Below are positions 59,297-64,000 of a stretch of DNA of 64,000 nucleotides, piece by piece. Position 1 is the first letter of the stretch; every line of letters begins with the position of its first letter. Below the pieces are notes generated by a model that saw only the letters and a list, made by a program, of their open reading frames with translations, was not told the DNA's origin and did not search any database. The translations under genes were made by a program, and so were the position numbers. This stretch comes from a virus (Duplodnaviria > Caudoviricetes): IMG/VR virus record IMGVR_UViG_3300008262_000001; one strand, 5' to 3'.

Positions 59297-60919
59297 TCAG
59301 GATTCTATAGAATCCCAAATGTCAATAATTGCTTTTGCAAAGACAGGTTCTTTTCCTGTCCAACCTGATAAAATTGCACCTCTATAAAGATTTTCTGGAA
59401 GAACTGAATTATCGTATCCAGCAACCTGAACAGAGAAGACATTTACTTTAGGATTCACCTTCTTTCTGTAAACTTCAACCATCTTTAAAACATCTACGTG
59501 TGTGGATGAACTAGTTGTTCCATAAGGAGATCTGCCAACAGTGTTTGAAAATCCGAAAAGACCACCGTGTCCCGCTTGCATATCAGAGTAAATGAAGACC
59601 GTATCGTAGTGAATCTTTTCTGTGATGGCTTGATCCCAAAATACCCAAATACCATTCTCAGTAGATCCCCCTTGCATTTTTCCTCTTTGTGATGTCTCTT
59701 CCAGTTGTGTGAGTAGACCATTTCTTTTAGAGATCTCTTCTAATGAAAGTTTATCACCAAAAACACCAACAAGACCTTGGTCTGCTTGCATTGCAGTAAT
59801 TAAAGAAGAAAGGTTTGCAATTTCTGCTACGGTAACTGATCCATATTCACTCTGACAAGATCCCCAAGCAGAACCTGAATTGTCAGACAGACAAGCAACT
59901 TTACCCTTAAGCTTAGGCATATTTGCTACTGCTATATCTAAGCATTCTTCTAAAGCATCAAGTATTAGTCTTTTGTTGTTTACTTCTTCTGAAGACTTAA
60001 CTGCTTTATAAGCTGACCAATATCTAAATGGGAATTGCTTTCCTTTCAAAACTCCAGATTTTAATCCATCTAGAATTTTAACGGTGGTATCAAGATCTGA
60101 TATCTCTTTGAAAATTCCTCTTAGGTTTTTCAGAAGAGCCATATGAGGAACTGTAATTTGCTTCAAAATCTCTTGCCAGTTTTTACCTGCAGACTTAAGA
60201 CTTTCCCAGGTCATTTCAGTTTCTAAAATATTGAGCTTACCAGTTGTCATAAGCTCACTGATGTCATCATTAGAAGCATGAGATATTCTTACTAGGTCAA
60301 TGAGTTTTTTGCCCTTGTACTTGTTGAGCTGATATCTGCTATACTCTTCTAATCTTTCCGCCCATGTACGTTTAATTAAGGATGGAAGCTTTGATTTTGT
60401 TCCATTCTTAAACATGTAATAGTCAAACTGGTTAGTTAAGTCATCAGGTCTTTCTGCAATTTTCTTCCCGATGTTTTTCATATAACCAGGATTCATCTCA
60501 TTAAAAGATTTCCTGCTCTCGTGAGAAAGTGCCCTAACAAATATAACCGAAGGGTTTAATCTCATAAGATATTCAGTCCTGAGTTCTAGGGCTAAGTCCA
60601 ATGTAGCTTGGAAATCAAAAGAAAGCGAATTGTCGATTGCCTGCTCAAAAACATCCACTGCAGATCTTTTATCTTTGAATAGATCCGGGAAAATTGAATG
60701 GTCTATAATCGTAGAGATATTTTTGATTGTAGCATTAGAATTGATCCCATCCCGATAATATTGAGGTTCTCCAAAAATCGAAGAAGCTGCTACAATTTTC
60801 AATGTTTGTAAAGGAGAAATCTTGTAAGATGTTCCTGACATGAAATTCTGAACTTTGTCTCCAGAGTTTTTTCTAGACAAAGCTGTTTCTTTAATACCAA
60901 ATTCGCTTAATTTAGACAT
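59297..60919 (-). CDS. rsr: Ro60/TROVE-domain RNA-binding protein with vWA domain
   Basis: SSIFGEPQYY, LRTEYLMRLNP, RPDDL, MTWE, VPHMALLKNLR, QFPFRYWSAY, vWA MIDAS LSDNSGS, FIYSDMQ, VQVAGY. Confidence 0.92.
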   Translation of the reverse strand: MSKLSEFGIKETALSRKNSGDKVQNFMSGTSYKISPLQTLKIVAASSIFGEPQYYRDGINSNATIKNISTIIDHSIFPDLFKDKRSAVDVFEQAIDNSLSFDFQATLDLALELRTEYLMRLNPSVIFVRALSHESRKSFNEMNPGYMKNIGKKIAERPDDLTNQFDYYMFKNGTKSKLPSLIKRTWAERLEEYSRYQLNKYKGKKLIDLVRISHASNDDISELMTTGKLNILETEMTWESLKSAGKNWQEILKQITVPHMALLKNLRGIFKEISDLDTTVKILDGLKSGVLKGKQFPFRYWSAYKAVKSSEEVNNKRLILDALEECLDIAVANMPKLKGKVACLSDNSGSAWGSCQSEYGSVTVAEIANLSSLITAMQADQGLVGVFGDKLSLEEISKRNGLLTQLEETSQRGKMQGGSTENGIWVFWDQAITEKIHYDTVFIYSDMQAGHGGLFGFSNTVGRSPYGTTSSSTHVDVLKMVEVYRKKVNPKVNVFSVQVAGYDNSVLPENLYRGAILSGWTGKEPVFAKAIIDIWDSIES

Positions 60920-60945
60920 GAGAGTTGTGGTTTAAATTACACAAT

Positions 60946-60987
60946 AAAAAAGGATCTAGAATGTGAAAAATCTCACACTTAGATCCC
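60946..60987 (-). terminator. Intrinsic terminator between the Y-like RNAs and the Ro60 start
   Basis: GGATCTA..TGTGA-loop-TCACA..TAGATCC followed by TTTTTT, ~27 nt before the ATG. Confidence 0.7.
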
Positions 60988-61026
60988 AGAATTTTTATGA
61001 CTATTGCTAGTCTTTAAAAAAAATCC

Positions 61027-61086
61027 GAGAATATTAGTTTTGGGTTTTTTTCGATAATAAGTGAAGTATCCCAAAACACCGCTTCA
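61027..61086 (-). ncRNA. Short Y-RNA-like element (60 nt)
   Basis: TGAAGCGGT-GTTTTG-GGATACTTCAC...CCCAAAAC-TAATA-TTCTC; 8-bp terminal helix; adjacent to Ro60. Confidence 0.55.
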
Positions 61087-61110
61087 GATTTAGTTATTTC
61101 TTTGTTTCTT

Positions 61111-61315
61111 GAGAAATCTTTAAAAGGGATTGCTAATTACGTTAGCTAGTCGTACCCTAATTTCTAGGCCGGTATAATGACCCGATCTACTGTGGTTTTC
61201 CTTTGCAGGCGTTTTTTCTGTAGCACTACTAAAACCTTTGTGCCTTGTACTAATCTTGGGGATTAATACTCAGCTTTTTTTGCGTAATTGTGGAGTATCC
61301 TTCTAAACCGCTTCA
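61111..61315 (-). ncRNA. Long Y-RNA-like element (205 nt) with a multi-hairpin insert
   Basis: TGAAGCGGT-TTAGAA-GGATACTCCAC...ATCCCTTTTAAA-GAT-TTCTC; inner helices AATTACG/CGTAATT, GTATTAATC/GATTAGTAC, CCTA/TAGG. Confidence 0.6.
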
Positions 61316-61378
61316 AGAAAAAAAGAATAAGAAATGAAAGAACGTTTTATTTTGATACCGCTAATGTAATACAAAGTT

Positions 61379-61693
61379 TCAATTTAGATTCTCCTGGAGG
61401 AAAATTTTTATTTGATCTTCTGATTTTACTCCTGAAAATCTAGCAACTTCTTTACCCTCACTGGTGATCACACATGTTGGAATATTTTTAATTCCAAACT
61501 TTTTAGTTGTTAGTTGAGCCTCTCCAACATCTGCCTTTACGAAATTGAAATCGTTTTGAAATTCTTCTGACACTTTCTCCAATGTTGGTTTTATAATTTT
61601 GCAAGGTCCACACCAATCTGCAGAAAATAGGATAAAAGATTTCTGTGAAGAATCAATTACTTTTTCTAGTTCTTGGTCTTTAAGACTATTCAT
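61379..61693 (-). CDS. trxA: Thioredoxin
   Basis: FSADWCGPCK, FGIKNIPT; start moved to MNSLKD. Confidence 0.92.
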   Translation of the reverse strand: MNSLKDQELEKVIDSSQKSFILFSADWCGPCKIIKPTLEKVSEEFQNDFNFVKADVGEAQLTTKKFGIKNIPTCVITSEGKEVARFSGVKSEDQIKIFLQENLN

Positions 61694-61748
61694 TTTGTTT
61701 GAGTTATTTAGTAGTCTATATAACCTCAAAGACTTTGAACTTCAATCT

Positions 61749-62024
61749 TTATTCACTTATTTTTTCGTCAATTTCACTTAAAGACGGACCTGATAAATCG
61801 ATTTCACTACTTGGATTTACGTTTAATTTTTTTGTGAAATCGCTAGATATTTCTAATGATTCATTTTCCGATCTAATCTCAGAAACTGCACCTCCTTCTG
61901 AAGATTTATTTTGGCTTTGAATCATCTCCATGAGTTTTTTCATCTTAGTTTTTGACAAGCCTTTTGGTTTAGGTGTATGTTTTACCTTTTTACCATTTTT
62001 CTTTCTTACTCTACTTTTAGGCAT
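61749..62024 (-). CDS. Small protein with a basic N-terminus
   Basis: MPKSRVRKKNGKKVK. Confidence 0.5.
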   Translation of the reverse strand: MPKSRVRKKNGKKVKHTPKPKGLSKTKMKKLMEMIQSQNKSSEGGAVSEIRSENESLEISSDFTKKLNVNPSSEIDLSGPSLSEIDEKISE

Positions 62025-62030
62025 AAATTT

Positions 62031-62528
62031 TTATTTTATTTTGTAGTAAATTTCTAAAAATTGTTTCTTGGCTGTTTCTGAATCCATTGATTGAAAGTTG
62101 TCGCTCAGTACTTTATTTTCCCATTCAAAAAATAAGGCCTCCCTATCATAAAGCTTTACTTCATCACAAAGAGGATAATCAAATCCAAATTTTTTACCGA
62201 TAACCTTCATGAGCTTATCCTCAACCTCCAAGTATTGTGGAATCTCGTCTTTTATGGGTTTTGGTAAATCAATTAAGTATGCTTCACTGGCATCATGTAA
62301 TAAAGCTTGTAAAGCGTGCTGTTTTGAGACTTTTTCTGAAACCCAAATGGAATGTTCAGCAACTGAATAAAAGCTCTTTATATGTCCTGCAAATCTGCAT
62401 AACAGGGATAATGAATGAGCAATATCTATTATCTCAAGATGATCAGGATTAGGGTCAAAGACATCAAAATAATGACCACTATAAGTTCTGATTAATCTAC
62501 CTGCAAAAAGTGGGTCCATGTTCATCAT
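62031..62528 (-). CDS. HD-domain phosphohydrolase (YfbR-like deoxynucleotidase family)
   Basis: DIAHSLS..CRFAGH...YSVAEHS, ALLHDASEAY..D.PKP.K. Confidence 0.85.
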   Translation of the reverse strand: MMNMDPLFAGRLIRTYSGHYFDVFDPNPDHLEIIDIAHSLSLLCRFAGHIKSFYSVAEHSIWVSEKVSKQHALQALLHDASEAYLIDLPKPIKDEIPQYLEVEDKLMKVIGKKFGFDYPLCDEVKLYDREALFFEWENKVLSDNFQSMDSETAKKQFLEIYYKIK

Positions 62529-62553
62529 AGTAAATTGCTTGATATATAGTTTC

Positions 62554-63297
62554 ATGATAAAGAGGTTTGCAGATTATCTTAATGAATCACAAGGAATGAA
62601 GCCTGAAGACTTTGATCTAGATACAAGATTTGACTGGGTTCCTGAGATTATGGACAAAATAGAAAAAGTAGTTTTAAAAGCTGAAAAAATCCAAAAAGAC
62701 TACTCATATAATGGCAGGAAAAATTCAGATTCTTTTGAATTTAACATCAAGACTAGAACTTGGCCAGAATTTGAGAAGCTCCGGAAAACATATAATGTTG
62801 ACCTTGATTACATCTATCAAATGTGGGATACTTTTCTTTCTGACAATCTTCAAATACAAGCGGACGATATAATTGACTCATCTAGATTTTTTGAGGCCTG
62901 GAGTCAAGCGGGGAGAAGTGGAGGTTGGCTTTTTCTCAAATATAGGGATTACTTATTTGATGAACCCGAAGATTGGATCCAAGAAAGAGTAAATCATCTA
63001 AACGACCTGACCGAAGAAATCAGCGAAGAGGATTTTGAGCTTTATCAAGAGCTTAAACAAGCATCCAATCCAGCATATAGATTTCTAAGAAGAATAGGAA
63101 CTGAACCGGTATCACAAGACATAATATCTGCTGAAGAGGAAAGCAACAATGTTAAAGTTATTCTTGATGGATATTACAAGAGATTAGTTTTTTTAGAAAA
63201 AGAGCTTGAGAAGGTTAAAAATAGAATTGATACTTTTTGGGAAGATGTAGAAGTGGATTTCGAGCAATTCTTGGAGTCAAATATCCAACAAGATTAA
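62554..63297 (+). CDS. Putative head-packaged protein
   Basis: MIKRFADYLNES start; GATATATA at 62541-62548. Confidence 0.6.
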   Translation: MIKRFADYLNESQGMKPEDFDLDTRFDWVPEIMDKIEKVVLKAEKIQKDYSYNGRKNSDSFEFNIKTRTWPEFEKLRKTYNVDLDYIYQMWDTFLSDNLQIQADDIIDSSRFFEAWSQAGRSGGWLFLKYRDYLFDEPEDWIQERVNHLNDLTEEISEEDFELYQELKQASNPAYRFLRRIGTEPVSQDIISAEEESNNVKVILDGYYKRLVFLEKELEKVKNRIDTFWEDVEVDFEQFLESNIQQD

Positions 63298-63959
63298 AGA
63301 ATTCCTAAATCTATCCAATCTTGATACCAATTTCCAGATTGAGATTCATCTAAACTTGACTTTACAACCACATCATTATTTTTAAAGTACACGGTGTTGT
63401 CCTCAAAGATATCATTAACAAGAATCTTATGTACTTTCAATCTGAATGACAAATAAGCTCCAAAAGGATCTAACTCACAAACCTTTTCACCCTCAGTACG
63501 AACGAAAACACCAGTGAAAGAATTTTCTCCGATAGTCCTATTCAGAATATCCTCAACATAAACACGATTTTCGGTGTTTATAATATCCAGGTTTGGATTA
63601 TTTGTTTTTTCTAATTTTCCGTTATTGACTTTCCACCAAAGATTGGATGATTCTTCACAAATCCAAACGGGTAAAATGTGGGAAAGTTTAATTAAAAAAG
63701 ATGCTTGTAAATTCCTAGGATTGTAAAATGAATCTATAAAATCTCCTCTATCTTTGGAAAGCATTTTGTATTTTCCTTCATAGATTGCACAAGGATCTCT
63801 GTTTTCATCTAATAAAAAACCATCTATGTCCCAAAGACAGAAATTGCCAGGCAAACAAGTTCTGTGTCCTTCCGAAAAAGCATTTGATTTTCCCCAGTTT
63901 CTTTGTCTAACCATTAAACTATAATTGCTCTTTCTCCCTCTACTATCACATCTGAACAA
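63294..63959 (-). CDS. Hypothetical protein, possibly a PD-(D/E)xK fold
   Basis: WDIDGFL...IYEGKYK; weak match, start uncertain. Confidence 0.4.
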   Translation of the reverse strand: MFRCDSRGRKSNYSLMVRQRNWGKSNAFSEGHRTCLPGNFCLWDIDGFLLDENRDPCAIYEGKYKMLSKDRGDFIDSFYNPRNLQASFLIKLSHILPVWICEESSNLWWKVNNGKLEKTNNPNLDIINTENRVYVEDILNRTIGENSFTGVFVRTEGEKVCELDPFGAYLSFRLKVHKILVNDIFEDNTVYFKNNDVVVKSSLDESQSGNWYQDWIDLGIL

Positions 63960-64000
63960 AAGCCTTGCAAGACAAGATAGGGCTGAGTTTTATTCCTTTT

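Noticed and set aside
61111-61315. Long element upstream of Ro60 as a tRNA, tmRNA or canonical YrlA
   Set aside because: No TTC(G/A)A T-loop, D-loop GG, acceptor stem or tag reading frame was found.

Overview
This 64 kb AT-rich window is part of a large T4-like myovirus (jumbo-phage style) read in the standard genetic code. The host is probably a Bacteroidota: there are TAnnTTTG promoter elements, A-rich start regions and no obvious Shine-Dalgarno sites. The left two-thirds is mostly minus-strand core genes. Replication and recombination: RNase H, clamp loader, ligase, gp41 helicase, gp46/47, UvsX. Morphogenesis: two tandem portal paralogues, gp2, gp4, TerL, gp14, gp15, sheath, two tail tubes, gp26/gp51, collagen-like fibre. 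Transcription: two sigma factors (gp55-like and ECF-like). The right third is accessory: a SET domain, a thymidylate-synthase-fold enzyme with the dCMP-specific Asp, GMP reductase, several late-expressed proteins with a capsid-targeting-like N-terminus, four tRNAs with a homing endonuclease, and a Ro60/TROVE gene preceded by two Y-RNA-like structured repeats. Three promoter classes can be read by eye: late RATATATA, putative middle GAAAC-N17-TATAAT and host-type TAnnTTTG. The most striking observation is an apparent ribosome-mediated attenuator at 58203-58375 in front of the tRNA operon. It has a 19-codon leader peptide rich in ATA/TTA/AGR codons, the codons those tRNAs decode, coupled to mutually exclusive antiterminator and terminator hairpins. 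Protein calls come from motif recognition by eye; no database searches were run.
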